Assembly: GCA_963779415.1 (NCBI GenBank)
Contig: CAVZYA010000001.1
Coordinates: 1,024,001-1,088,000, forward strand
DNA: 64,000 nucleotides
Origin: an uncultured Acidobacteriota bacterium
GTDB taxonomy: Bacteria; Acidobacteriota; Thermoanaerobaculia; UBA5066
Direction of reading: 5' to 3'
Part shown: positions 39,106 to 49,316 of the stretch, piece after piece
How positions within the stretch are numbered: position 1 is the first letter of the stretch
Layout: each line of letters opens with the position of its first letter
Notes under the pieces: generated by a model
What the model was told of the DNA's origin: nothing
The model's input: only the letters and a program-made list of their open reading frames with translations
Databases searched by the model: none
Program-made: the position numbers and the translations under genes

Positions 39106-39995
39106 GTGACCGCCGCCGCGTCGCGCCGCGGGACTCGCCGTCACGCTCGCCCTCCTCACGGTGACGGTCTGGGGCGTGAACTACCCCGCCATGAAGGTCG
39201 CCCTCCGGGAGATGCACCCGCTCGCCTACACGGGCTGGCGTTTCGTCCTCGCCGACGGCTCTCGTCCTCGCCGAAGCCGCCTGGGAGCGCGGGCCGGCGC
39301 TTCCGCCGCGGGGCGAGCGACGCCTCGCTCTTCTCCTGGCTCTCACGGGGGTCGGCCTCTACCAGTGGTTCTTCGCCTGGGGCGTCGCGAAGACGAGCGG
39401 CTTCGCGGCGGCCCTTCTCAACTCCACCTCGCCCCTCTTCTCCGCGTTCTTCGCGATTCTCGTCGGCCTCGAGCGCTGGACCGCCCGCTCCGCCGCGGGC
39501 TCCGCGGTGGCCTACGGGGGCGTCGTCCTCTTCGTCGCCTCGAGCCACGCGGCCGAAGGGGGAAGCCTCGCCGGCAACGTCCTTTGTCTTCTCTCGGCCG
39601 CGACCTGGGCGGTCTACACGGTCGCGGCGGCCCGGCTCCCCGGTCGCCTCTCCCCCCTCCAGGCGCAGTTCGCGACCTTCGTCGGCGGCTCGGTCCCGCT
39701 TCTGATCTACTGCGCTCCCGCGATGGCGAGCCAGGATTACCGCGCCGTCTCCGCGGGGACATGGGTCATCCTCGCGCTCTCCGCCGTCCTCCCGCTCGTC
39801 GTCGCGTTTCGCGTCTGGACGTTCGCCATCGGCGCCCTCGGCGTCTCGCCGACGACGAGCTACGGATTCCTCGTCCCCGTGATCGCCGGGGTCTCCTCGG
39901 CTCTCTGGACCGGCGAGACCTTCGGCCCGGAGAAGCTCCTTTCGGCCGCCGTCGTCCTTCTCGGCCTCGCGCTGACGAAGTCGGGCCGGCGCTAG
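39106..39995 (+). CDS. DMT/EamA family transporter (frameshifts)
   Basis: VWGVNYPAMK, GNVLCLLSAATWAVYT, LVPVIA..GE; hydrophobic fragments. Confidence 0.85.
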
Positions 39996-40007
39996 ACTCC
40001 CGCCCTC

Positions 40008-40978
40008 ATGCCGCTCCCGCCTCGCCTCCGGAAGTTCCTGCGGATCGCCGGGATTTCCCTCGCCGTTCTCATCGCCGCATTCTGCGTCGTCCCGTACGTG
40101 ATCCCGCTCCCGGGCCCCGCCCCGGTCGCGGCAGAGTCGCTCGCCCCCGCGGGAGGACGGTTCCTGACGATCGCCGGGACGCGAACATTCCTCGTGGAGG
40201 CGGGACCGAAGGACGGGCCGGCGGTCGTCCTCGTCCACGGCTTCGGCGGATCGACTTTTTCGTACCGGAAGAACGTCGGCCCGCTCGGGGAAGCCGGCTT
40301 CCATGTCGTCACGTTCGACCTTCCGGGCTCTGGCCTATCCGACAAGAAATGGGACGCCGACTACTCGCATCAGGCGGCTGCTGACTTCATCGTCGCGGCG
40401 ATGAAGGAGGTGGGGATCGCCCGGGCGACCCTCGTCGGCCACAGCCTGGGGGGAAACATCGTCGCCCACGTCGCCGAGCGTCATCCCGAGGTCGTCGCGA
40501 AGATCGTCTTCGTCGCCCCGGTCTTCTTCGAAGGGGAGGCACCGGGAGCCGGGCGCTGGCTTCTCCGCTTTCCCCCGTCCGGCGCTGGGCGCAGATCATC
40601 GTTCGGCGGAAGCTGAGGCCGCCGGGATCCGGACGTACTCTCAGAACCGGTTTCGGAGACCCGTCGCTCGTGACGAACGAGGTCATCGAGGGATACGCGG
40701 CGCCGCGGCGAATGAAGGACTGGGAGCTGGCGCTCCTCGGGATGGCGCGCGACGCCCCGAAAAGCGCCCTCGCCCGTCCGCTCGCAGAGATCAGGGTCCC
40801 GGTCCTGATCCTCTGGGGTGACCGGGACGCCTGGGTGCCGATCGCGCGCGGAGAGCCGCTCCGAAAGGAGCTGCCGCGGGCGGAGTGGTTCGTCGTTCCG
40901 GGCGCCGGTCATCTCGTCCTCGAAGAGAGGCCCGGCGAATTCAATGCCCGCTTGATCGCGTTCCTGAGAGAGCCGTAG
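40008..40978 (+). CDS. Alpha/beta hydrolase with N-terminal TM (frameshift near 40580)
   Basis: [32 protein letters not shown]. Confidence 0.88.
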
Positions 40979-42752
40979 GCGGCGTCTTTGCGGACTTCTT
41001 CGGCCGGGACGGCTTTCCGGCCTCCGGCTTCTTCGGCGGCGCCTTCTTCGCCTCCGGAGCGCCCGTCTCCCCGTCCGCTCCGAAGTACTCCATCAGCCCC
41101 GCCGCCGCCGCTTCGGCGACCTGCTGCCGGAAGCGGCGCGTCAGGATGAGGGTCCGGTCCTCGTCGTTCCCGAGGTTCGCGATCTCGAGCAGGACCCGGC
41201 TCGGGATCTGGTTGTAGCGGAGAACGGCCGGGACCCACTCCCGCCCCGCCCGGATGACGTGAGTCCGGACCGGCGAGAAGGGGTGGACCTCGAGGCCGCT
41301 TCGGCGCATCGCGGCGACGATCTTTCCGGCGAGGGCTGTCGACGCGCCTTCCGAGGCGACGCGGTCCCGCCGACTGAAGGAGACGACGGGCTGCTCGCGC
41401 CACTCCCGGAAGGTCGGGAAGGGAGCGCCGCGCTTGCCGTACCGCTCGCGAAGGAAGCGCTCGCCCGGGACGTAGACCATCGCGCCGCGCAGCGACGGGT
41501 GGAGCGAGTCCGCGTGGATCGAGATGAAGACCGTCCGTTCCGGCGCGATCCTCTTCTTCGCGGGGCCCGGGCGATTCAGAAGGCTGTTCGCGAGGTACCA
41601 GCGGAGATTGACGCCGACGAGAGGGTCCGAGAGGTCGTACCGGGGATTCGTGAGGAGCGACTGCGACCTGCTGGAAGGGAGCCGGTCCTTTTCGACGACC
41701 TTCCACCCCTTCGCCTCGTCGCGGGTCGTCAGGACGACCTCCGCCTGCGTCCTCTCCATGAGGATCTTCCGGAGACGCACGGCGACGTCGTAGACGTAGG
41801 TCGCCTCCCAGATCCCTCCCTGGATCGTCCCCGTGTCCCGCCCGCCATGTCCGGCGTCGAGAACGACGCGGACCCCCGAGAGGCCTTTCGCCTGTGCCGG
41901 CATGGCGAACTGCGTGGCCTCCGCCTTCTCCCGGGCGAGCGCCTGCCCGCGCGGATCGTCGGGCGGGAGGAACTCCTCGGAGAGGACGTCGAGCGGGATC
42001 CGGATCGGATAGCCGACCGGAATCGCGTGAACGTCGTCGACTCCCGACCGGATGGCGATCGCGTTCGCGAGCTCGATGACGTCGGCGGCGTGGACGCGCC
42101 CCGTGAAACGGACGACGACGGCGGAGTAGAGCGCCTCCTTCTTCCGGAGACGGTAGATGGCGAAGCGCCCCTTCTCGTCCTCCCCGTACGACAGCTGCGG
42201 CGGCTCGGTCTCGTCCAGCGCGTCGGCGTCCCGGAAGGGGCGGAGAAGATGCTCCGTCGGAATCCGGACCGTCGTGCCGCGCGGGACGATGTCGCCTTGA
42301 AGACCGTTCTCCTTCGCGAGCGAGGCGGAAAGAGCGGTCCGGCCGGTGAACCACTCGGCGACCGCCGGGAGGCTCTCCTCCATGACGGCGATGTGAAGCC
42401 ACCCCGCCGTCGCCCGGACGTCCGCCGGAAAGAGAGCGCGGATTGCCGCGAGCTTCACGTCGTCCGAGAGAAGCGGATAGGGGACGACGACCGGTCGGCC
42501 GCCCGAGGGCTCGCCCGGAAGCGCGAGGATCTCGCCGGCCGTGCGCGGATCGGCGACGAGGCGCTCGGCGAACTGCATCGGCGTCTCCCCTTCCAGGGGC
42601 CGCGCCTCGACCGAGATCTTTCCCCCCGCGAGGACCACCTCGAAATCGGCCGAGACCGCGACGCGCCGCTCCGGCGGCGAGGACGGGGGTGCGGGCGACG
42701 CCGAGAGCGCCGCGGCGACGAGGATGGCGGGGAGGGCGGCCCCGCTCCTCAA
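40941..42752 (-). CDS. N-acetylmuramoyl-L-alanine amidase (Amidase_3) with degenerate LysM-like repeats
   Basis: TTG 42752, signal peptide, LDAGHGG..E, SIHAD, LLEIAN zinc/catalytic motifs. Confidence 0.88.
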   Translation of the reverse strand: MRSGAALPAILVAAALSASPAPPSSPPERRVAVSADFEVVLAGGKISVEARPLEGETPMQFAERLVADPRTAGEILALPGEPSGGRPVVVPYPLLSDDVKLAAIRALFPADVRATAGWLHIAVMEESLPAVAEWFTGRTALSASLAKENGLQGDIVPRGTTVRIPTEHLLRPFRDADALDETEPPQLSYGEDEKGRFAIYRLRKKEALYSAVVVRFTGRVHAADVIELANAIAIRSGVDDVHAIPVGYPIRIPLDVLSEEFLPPDDPRGQALAREKAEATQFAMPAQAKGLSGVRVVLDAGHGGRDTGTIQGGIWEATYVYDVAVRLRKILMERTQAEVVLTTRDEAKGWKVVEKDRLPSSRSQSLLTNPRYDLSDPLVGVNLRWYLANSLLNRPGPAKKRIAPERTVFISIHADSLHPSLRGAMVYVPGERFLRERYGKRGAPFPTFREWREQPVVSFSRRDRVASEGASTALAGKIVAAMRRSGLEVHPFSPVRTHVIRAGREWVPAVLRYNQIPSRVLLEIANLGNDEDRTLILTRRFRQQVAEAAAAGLMEYFGADGETGAPEAKKAPPKKPEAGKPSRPKKSAKTPPTALSGTRSSGH

Positions 42753-44236
42753 GAGACCGCGGCCGGAGGCCTCGAGCCGGCAATTCCCGACGTCGCCTCC
42801 ACGCACCGGGCGAGTCGGAAAAGAAGCGGCTCGGAGCCGGCCGGACCGATGAACTGCATTCCGATCGGAAGGCCCGCCGACGAGAGCCCGGAGGGGACCG
42901 AGATCGCCGGGAGGCCGGCGAGGCTGGCGGGAACGGTGAAGACGTCCGCGAGGTACATCGCGAGGGGGTCGCCCGTCTTTTCGCCGAGCGGGAAAGCCGG
43001 CTCGGGCGACGTCGGGACAGAGGAGGGCGTCCACCTCGGCGGAATGCCGCGGCGAAATCCCGCGAGAGGAGCGCGCGAACCTTCTGCGCGCGGCCGTACC
43101 AGGCATCGTGGTAGCCCGCCGAGAGGGCGAACGTCCCGAGAAGGATCCGTCGCTTCACTTCGGGGCCGAAGCCCGCCGAGCGGGTCTCGCGGTAGAGATC
43201 GGAGAGCGTCTCGCCGCCGCGCCGCGCTCCGTACCGGACTCCGTCGAACCGGGCGAGATTCGACGACGCTTCGGCCGTGGCGACGAGGTAGTAGACGGGA
43301 ACCGAGAGGGGAACACGCGGGACCGAGACCCGGCGGACGGTGGCGCCCGCCTTCGCGAGGGCGGCGGCCGTCCTTTCGAACGAAGCTCCGACGTCGGGAT
43401 GAAGTCCCCCCTCCACGGACTCCGTCTCGGCGAGAAGACCGACACGCACCCCCCGAGCGCCCTCCTCGAGCGTCGGCAGGAGGGCCGGAACCGGCCCGGG
43501 GAGCGACGTCGAATCGCGAGGGTCGGGACCCGCCATCAGCTCGAACGCGAGGGCGGCGTCCTCGACCGTCCGCGCGAGGGCGCCGGCCTGGTCCAGCGAC
43601 GAGGCGAAGGCCACGAGCCCGTAACGCGAAACCCTGCCGTAGGTCGGCTTCCAGCCGACGAGACCGCAGAGCGCCGCCGGCTGACGAACCGAGCCCCCGG
43701 TGTCCGTGCCGAGGGCGAGGGGCGCGGCGCCGCCGGCCACGGCCGCTGCCGAGCCCCCCGATGAGCCGCCGGGGACGCGGGAGAGGTCCCACGGGTTCCG
43801 CGCCGGACGGTACGCCGAGTTCTCGTTCGAAGAGCCCATCCCGAACTCGTCGCAGTTCGTCTTCCCGACTACGACGGCTCCGGCCCGGACCAGCCGCTCG
43901 ACGCACGTCGCGTGATCGGGGGCGACGAACCCCGCGAGGATCTTCGAACCGGCGGTCGTCGGAAGGCCGGCCGCGTTGATGTTGTCCTTCACCGCGAGCG
44001 GGACGCCGGCGAGCGGCAGGATCTCTCCGTCCGCGACCCGGCGGTCCACCTCCCGGGCCGCTCCGCGCGCGTCGTCTCCGGCGACGTGGAGAAACGCCCC
44101 GAGGCGCTCCGAGGCGGCATGCACACGGACGAGGGCGGCGTCGACGACGTCGGCGGCGCGGACTCTCCGCAGCGGAAACGGCCGCCGAAAGCTCCCGGAT
44201 CGGGCCGTCGAGGAGAGTGCCGGCGTCAACCGGCAC
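42749..44236 (-). CDS. gatA: Asp/Glu-tRNA amidotransferase subunit A (frameshifts)
   Basis: [54 protein letters not shown]. Confidence 0.93.
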   Translation of the reverse strand: MPVDAGTLLDGPIRELSAAVSAAESPRRRRRRRRPRPCACRLGAPRGVSPRRRRRRARSGPGGGPPGRGRRDPAARRRPARGEGQHQRGRPSDDRRFEDPRGVRRPRSRDVRRAAGPGRSRRSREDELRRVRDGLFERELGVPSGAEPVGPLPRPRRLIGGLGSGRGRRRRAPRPRHGHRGLGSSAGGALRSRRLEADLRQGFALRARGLRLVAGPGRRPRADGRGRRPRVRADGGSRPSRFDVAPRAGSGPPADARGGRSGGACRSSRRDGVRGGGTSSRRRSFVRKDGRRPREGGRHRPPGLGPACSPLGSRLLPRRHGRSVVESRPVRRSPVRSAARRRDALRSLPRDPLGGLRPRSEATDPSRDVRPLGGLPRCLVRPRAEGSRAPLAGFRRGIPPRWTPSSVPTSPEPAFPLGEKTGDPLAMYLADVFTVPASLAGLPAISVPSGLSSAGLPIGMQFIGPAGSEPLLFRLARCVEATSGIAGSRPPAAVS

Positions 44237-44237
44237 G

Positions 44238-44525
44238 TCAGTCCCTCGAAACGACTCGGGGCACGACGAAGTGTCCGTGCGCCGACTCCGGAGCGTTTTT
44301 CCCGGCCAGGTCCGCGACGAGGCCCCGGACCACCTCGTCCGCGCGAAGAGGCGAGGGGGGCGCGTCGGCAGCCTCGGCGAGAAGAGCGTCGGGGACCTCC
44401 CGGAGCGCCTCGAAATGGGAGACGATCCGGGTCAGCTGCTCCGCGAGCGCCTCTTCCTCCTCGGGAAGGAGCTCCAGGGCCGCGAGGCTTGCGACCCGCG
44501 CGACGAGATCGCGCTCGATCTTCAT
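44238..44525 (-). CDS. gatC: Asp/Glu-tRNA amidotransferase subunit C
   Basis: [22 protein letters not shown], directly upstream of gatA. Confidence 0.92.
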   Translation of the reverse strand: MKIERDLVARVASLAALELLPEEEEALAEQLTRIVSHFEALREVPDALLAEAADAPPSPLRADEVVRGLVADLAGKNAPESAHGHFVVPRVVSRD

Positions 44526-44572
44526 CGAAAAATTATAGCGGACGCTGTGCTAACTTGATGGGAGACCTGTTC

Positions 44573-46549
44573 ATGCGTCCCATTCTGGTCTTCGCCCCGG
44601 GAGGGCAGATTCCGGACGGGATCCGGCGGACTCTCGATGAGGCCGGGACGGAGACTCTCGTCGCCTCGAGCCTCGAAGACGCCTCCCTTCTCCTCGCGCG
44701 CGAGCGTCCGGACGTGGTGCTCGTCGTCCCTCCCGGCATCCTCGCGGACGCAACCGGGCTCGCCGCCCGCCTCGGTGTCGGCCGGACGCCTCCCCCCATC
44801 TTCGTCCTTGCCGAGGACGACGGGACGCCGCGTCCCCCCGCGATCGAGGCCGTTCCGTCCGACAACTGGATGCAGGCCGCGGCGGCCCTCGCCTCCGGAG
44901 CCGGCGGTGCGGGTTCGGCGCTTCTCCTCTCGCGGCTCGAGCTGTCGGCCCTCCTCGCTCTCTGGGAGGAGATCCTCGAGCGCCAGGAAGACCTGAGCGA
45001 GCGGGCGCTTCGCTCTCTCGCCAGGTTTCTCGACGCCTCGCGCGTCAGCCTCTTCCGCTGGAAGGCCGGCGACGCCATCGCCACCGTCGTCGCCTCGAGC
45101 CTCGGAGCCGTTTCGGTCGGCCGGAGCGTCGAGATCGCGCGCTATCCCGAGCTGCGCGCGGCCGCGTCCCGCTCGGGCGCCGTTCTGGTGGAGGAGGTGG
45201 AGAAGGACCCGCTCATGGGGGACGCGAGCCCGTTCCTCGACGGTGTCCCGGTCCGGTCCCTCCTCTGCCAGCGGCTTCCGGGTGACGGAAGTGCGCTCTA
45301 TCTTCACGCCGTCAGGGACCGGACGGCTTTCGGACTCTCGGACGTGGCGTTCGTCGGCGCGACGGTCCGTCTCCTCCGGGCGATCCGCGACGTCCGGGCC
45401 CCCCGCGGCACCGGCGAGAAGGCCGAGCGGAAGAGGTTACGCGCCGTCGAGCTCCTCTTCCGCGGGATTCCGGAGCCGACGGCCCTCGTCGCGACCTCCG
45501 GCGAGATTCTTCTCGCGAACCCGCCGTTTCTCGCCCTGACGGGCCGGGTCGCTTCCGAGCTGACGGGACTGGACTACCGAAGCCTCCTCCGGGCCCCCCA
45601 CGCCGAGGACGAGTTCGGGCCGCTTTCGGAGAGCGCGGGCTCCGACGTCGTGACGCGGCGCTCCCGTCTCGCCCATGCGAGCGGCGAGGCGATTCCGGTC
45701 GAGGTCCTGTCGCTCCCGGCGGACGACGAGACGTACAGCCAGGCGGGCTGGTCCGCCCTGACCGTCCGGGATCTCCGGGCCGACCAGGCGCGGCGTGCCC
45801 GGGAACTCGTCCTCGAGAAGGAGGTCGCCGCCACGAATCGGGATCTCGCCACGACGCAGCGGCGCACGCGCGAGGCCGACGCCGCCCGCGCGCGGTTCTG
45901 GACCGCGGCGGCCCACGAGCTCCGGACGCCTCTGGCCATCGCGGAATCGCATCTCGAGGTCGTTCTCTCGGATCTCGCCGACGGGATCCCCGAGCATCCC
46001 GTCTCGCTCGTCCGGAAGGCCGCCGAGAGCGTTCGCCGCCTCGAGCGGCTCATCGCCGACGTCCTCGACGTCGCGACGGCGGGGCGTCCGCGGACCTCCC
46101 TCTCCGGCGGCGACGTCGATCTTTCGGAGGTCCTGCGGAACCTCGAGCCCGGGCTTCGGGACGACGCCGTTCGCCGGGGCTGCCGGCTCGCCGTCGACGC
46201 GCCGCCGGGATTACCGTCCATCCGCGCGGACCGGGACCGGGTGGAGCGCCTCCTCGTCAACCTCGTCGAGCACTCGCTCCGGGCGTCGCCGCCCGGCGGG
46301 ACGGTGACCGTGGCGGCCGTTCGCCCGTCGGGACGGGTCGAGGTGAAGATCCTCGACTCCGGCCCTCCCGTCCCTCCCGCGCGAGCCCAGGAGCTCTTCC
46401 ACGACGCCGGCTCCGCTCGCGGCAGCGAGGAGTTCGCTCTCGCCGTCGCGCGCCGCCTCGCGGACGCGATGGGGGCCGAGCTCTGGGCTCGCACCGAGCC
46501 GGACGGCCAGAACGCAACAGTCGTGGCGTGGCCCGCGGACGAGCGCTGA
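44573..46549 (+). CDS. Cytoplasmic pseudo-REC/GAF/PAS histidine kinase with degenerate ATP-binding domain
   Basis: AHELRTPL H-box, PAS (ILLANPPF..LTG), GAF-like region; N and G boxes altered. Confidence 0.82.
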   Translation: MRPILVFAPGGQIPDGIRRTLDEAGTETLVASSLEDASLLLARERPDVVLVVPPGILADATGLAARLGVGRTPPPIFVLAEDDGTPRPPAIEAVPSDNWMQAAAALASGAGGAGSALLLSRLELSALLALWEEILERQEDLSERALRSLARFLDASRVSLFRWKAGDAIATVVASSLGAVSVGRSVEIARYPELRAAASRSGAVLVEEVEKDPLMGDASPFLDGVPVRSLLCQRLPGDGSALYLHAVRDRTAFGLSDVAFVGATVRLLRAIRDVRAPRGTGEKAERKRLRAVELLFRGIPEPTALVATSGEILLANPPFLALTGRVASELTGLDYRSLLRAPHAEDEFGPLSESAGSDVVTRRSRLAHASGEAIPVEVLSLPADDETYSQAGWSALTVRDLRADQARRARELVLEKEVAATNRDLATTQRRTREADAARARFWTAAAHELRTPLAIAESHLEVVLSDLADGIPEHPVSLVRKAAESVRRLERLIADVLDVATAGRPRTSLSGGDVDLSEVLRNLEPGLRDDAVRRGCRLAVDAPPGLPSIRADRDRVERLLVNLVEHSLRASPPGGTVTVAAVRPSGRVEVKILDSGPPVPPARAQELFHDAGSARGSEEFALAVARRLADAMGAELWARTEPDGQNATVVAWPADER

Positions 46550-47808
46550 CCCCGGAGGCTCTCGTCGCCTCGGCCCGGCGGCGCCTCGCCTCGCGCGCCG
46601 GCGTCCGGGCGGCCGCCGCGACCGCGCGAGCGACCCGGGACTCGCTTCTCCTGACGGGAGGCGCGGTGCGCGACGCCTTTCTCGCGTCCCTGGGGCCGGA
46701 AAGGACCCGGGCAGCCGGCGACCTCGACGTCGCGCTTCCTTCCGGCCGCGCGCTCCCCTTCGCCGAAGCGCTTGCCCGGTGGCTCGGAGCGCGCGCCGTG
46801 GCGATCGGCGAGCCGCCGCGCCGGATCCTCCACGTCCCCGTGGCCGGCGGCGAGGTGGACGTCTGGGAGCGCGAGGCCGACGAGGGGCGCGACCTCTACC
46901 GGCGCGACTTCACCGTCAACGCGCTCTCCTTCGAGATTCCGTCGTGGCGCTTCCTCGCTCCGGCCGGCGCGCTCCACGACCTCTCCCGCCGCCGTCTCGC
47001 CCTGCCGCGACCCGGGGTTCTTCTGGAGGACCCGCTCCGGGTCCTCCGGGCAGCTCGCTTCATCGCCGGACTCCCCGGCTTCCGGATGGACGCGAAGGCG
47101 CTTCCCGAGCTGCGCCGGGCGGCCCGGAAGCTCGGAGAGGTCGCCGCCGAGCGCCGGCTCGCCGAACTCGACCGGATCCTCTCGGCGCAGCCGCGAAGCG
47201 CCGGGAGGGCTCTGAGGCTCCTCGAGTCGTGCGGCGCTCTTTGCACGCTCGTCCCGGGCTCGACGCCACGCGAGCGCCGACGCGGGATCGGCCTCGTCGT
47301 TCGAATGGCACGTCCGTCTCCGCCGGTCGGGAGGATCCTCCTGCTGTCGCCTCTCGGCGCCAGGAGAGCCCGGGAGGTTCTTCGAAAGTGGAAGACCACG
47401 AGACGGGAGCAGCAGCTCGCGAAACGCCTCCTCGCTCTCGCCGCGCCGTCGTCCGGTCTCCATCGCCCGAGGCCCCCCGCGCGCCGCGAGGTCGTCGAGA
47501 CGCTCCGGGCGGTCTCCCCCTTCTTCGAAGAATCGGTGCTCTTCCTCTCTTCCTTCCCCGTCGATTTCCTTCGGCGGCTGGCGGGGAGGCTCAGAGCGCT
47601 CTCGGCGAACCGGGACCGGCGGGAGCGTCTTCTCCGCCCCCGGCGGCCGCTCGACGCCGTCGCATTCCTCCGAGGCCTCGGGGTTCCCGAGGGCCCGCTC
47701 CTCGGAGCGGCGCTCGCCGCGCTGGACGTCGCGCTCGCCTCCGGCGAGGTACGCGGCCGCCCGGGTGCGGAGCGGATCCTCCGGCGGTTCGTGCCCTCGC
47801 CGCGTTGA
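46528..47808 (+). CDS. Class II tRNA nucleotidyltransferase / poly(A) polymerase family
   Basis: TGGAVRD..DLD, RRDFTVNAL, EDPLRVLRAARF, AERRLAEL. Confidence 0.88.
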   Translation: MARGRALTPEALVASARRRLASRAGVRAAAATARATRDSLLLTGGAVRDAFLASLGPERTRAAGDLDVALPSGRALPFAEALARWLGARAVAIGEPPRRILHVPVAGGEVDVWEREADEGRDLYRRDFTVNALSFEIPSWRFLAPAGALHDLSRRRLALPRPGVLLEDPLRVLRAARFIAGLPGFRMDAKALPELRRAARKLGEVAAERRLAELDRILSAQPRSAGRALRLLESCGALCTLVPGSTPRERRRGIGLVVRMARPSPPVGRILLLSPLGARRAREVLRKWKTTRREQQLAKRLLALAAPSSGLHRPRPPARREVVETLRAVSPFFEESVLFLSSFPVDFLRRLAGRLRALSANRDRRERLLRPRRPLDAVAFLRGLGVPEGPLLGAALAALDVALASGEVRGRPGAERILRRFVPSPR

Positions 47809-47848
47809 TTCGCCTCCGGGCCGGTGTTACCGTGAAGGCACGGCCGCG

Positions 47849-49312
47849 ATGGATCTGATCGAGCTCCTGAAGTTCGTCACGAAGAAGGAGGCGTCCGACC
47901 TCCATCTCAAGCCCGGACGCCCGCCTCTCCTTCGGCTTTCGGGCCGCCTCGTCCCGCTGAAGACGGATCCGCTGTCGCCGAAGGAGATCGAGGACATGGT
48001 CCTCCCGATCCTGACGCCCTACCAGCGGGACAAGCTCCAGGCGAATTACGCGGTCGACATCGGATACGGCGTCACGGGAGTCGCGCGCTTCCGCGGAAAC
48101 ATCTACCTGCAACGCGGATCCTGGACGGCGGTCTTCCGGCGTATCCCGTTCGTCATCCCGTCGCTCGTCGACCTGAACCTCCCGGACATCCTCTCGTCCT
48201 TCGCCGACCTTCCGGCCGGATTCGTCCTCGTGACGGGCCCGACCGGCTCGGGAAAATCGACGACCCTCGCATCTCTCGTCAAGCTCATCACCGAGCGCCA
48301 TCCGGTCCACATCGTGACGATCGAGGACCCGATCGAATACCTCTTCCAGGACAACATGGCATCGGTCTCGCAGCGGGAGATGGGCACCGACACCACGACG
48401 TACCAGGAGGCCCTGCGCAACGTCATGCGCCAGGATCCGGACGTCATCATGGTGGGCGAGATGCGGGACTGGGAGACGATGTCGACCGCGATCACGGCGG
48501 CCGAGACGGGGCACCTTGTCTTCTCCACCCTTCACACGAACAACGCGGCGCAGACGATCGACCGGATCATGGACTCCTGCCCTTCCTCGCAGGCGACGCA
48601 GGTCCGCCGCCAGCTCGCCCTCGTCCTCCGGGGAATCGCGTCGATGCAGCTCATCGACCGGTCCGACGGCAAGGGGCTCATCCCGGTCGTCGAGATCCTC
48701 GTGAACACTCCGAAGATCGCCAAGTCCATCGAGACGGGGGAGACGAAGGAGATCCTCGAGGAGATCGAGACCTCGGTCGGGTACTACCGGATGCAGTCGA
48801 TGAACCAGTCCCTCATGGCGCTCCTCGTCAACGGACTGACCGACATCGACGCCGCCATGAAGCTGACGAACGACCCGGAGGATCTCTCGCTGAAGCTCAG
48901 GAAGCTCTTCCCGAAGATCGAGGAGCGCTTCCGAGGAGGTCTGATGTCCCCCTCCCCGAACGATTTCGCGGCGATCACCGAACTCCTCGACATCAAGAGG
49001 CTCTACGAGGAGCAGGAGGAGAAGTGGCGACAGCGGATCGCCGAGAAGGACGACCTGGTCGCCCAGATGGAGGCCGACATCGAGGAGCGCGACCGGCAGC
49101 TCCAGGCGCGGCTGCAGCACGGCACGGAGGTCGAAGGGGAGGCCCAGCGCGCGAAGATGGAGGTCGAGCGGGCGCGCCAGGAAGCGGCCGCGAAGATCGC
49201 GCAGCTCAACGAGCGGATCAAGGAGCTGAACCAGCGTCTGACGGCGGCCACGGGGGGCGCTCCCGCCTCCGCGCCGCCTCCCCCGCCGGCCGGCGGGTTC
49301 TTCAAGCGCTGA
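47849..49312 (+). CDS. PilT/PilU family ATPase with C-terminal coiled-coil extension
   Basis: ASDLHL, GPTGSGKST, TIEDPIEY, RQDPDVIMVGEMRD, AETGHLVFSTLHT. Confidence 0.93.
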   Translation: MDLIELLKFVTKKEASDLHLKPGRPPLLRLSGRLVPLKTDPLSPKEIEDMVLPILTPYQRDKLQANYAVDIGYGVTGVARFRGNIYLQRGSWTAVFRRIPFVIPSLVDLNLPDILSSFADLPAGFVLVTGPTGSGKSTTLASLVKLITERHPVHIVTIEDPIEYLFQDNMASVSQREMGTDTTTYQEALRNVMRQDPDVIMVGEMRDWETMSTAITAAETGHLVFSTLHTNNAAQTIDRIMDSCPSSQATQVRRQLALVLRGIASMQLIDRSDGKGLIPVVEILVNTPKIAKSIETGETKEILEEIETSVGYYRMQSMNQSLMALLVNGLTDIDAAMKLTNDPEDLSLKLRKLFPKIEERFRGGLMSPSPNDFAAITELLDIKRLYEEQEEKWRQRIAEKDDLVAQMEADIEERDRQLQARLQHGTEVEGEAQRAKMEVERARQEAAAKIAQLNERIKELNQRLTAATGGAPASAPPPPPAGGFFKR

Positions 49313-49316
49313 AGCG

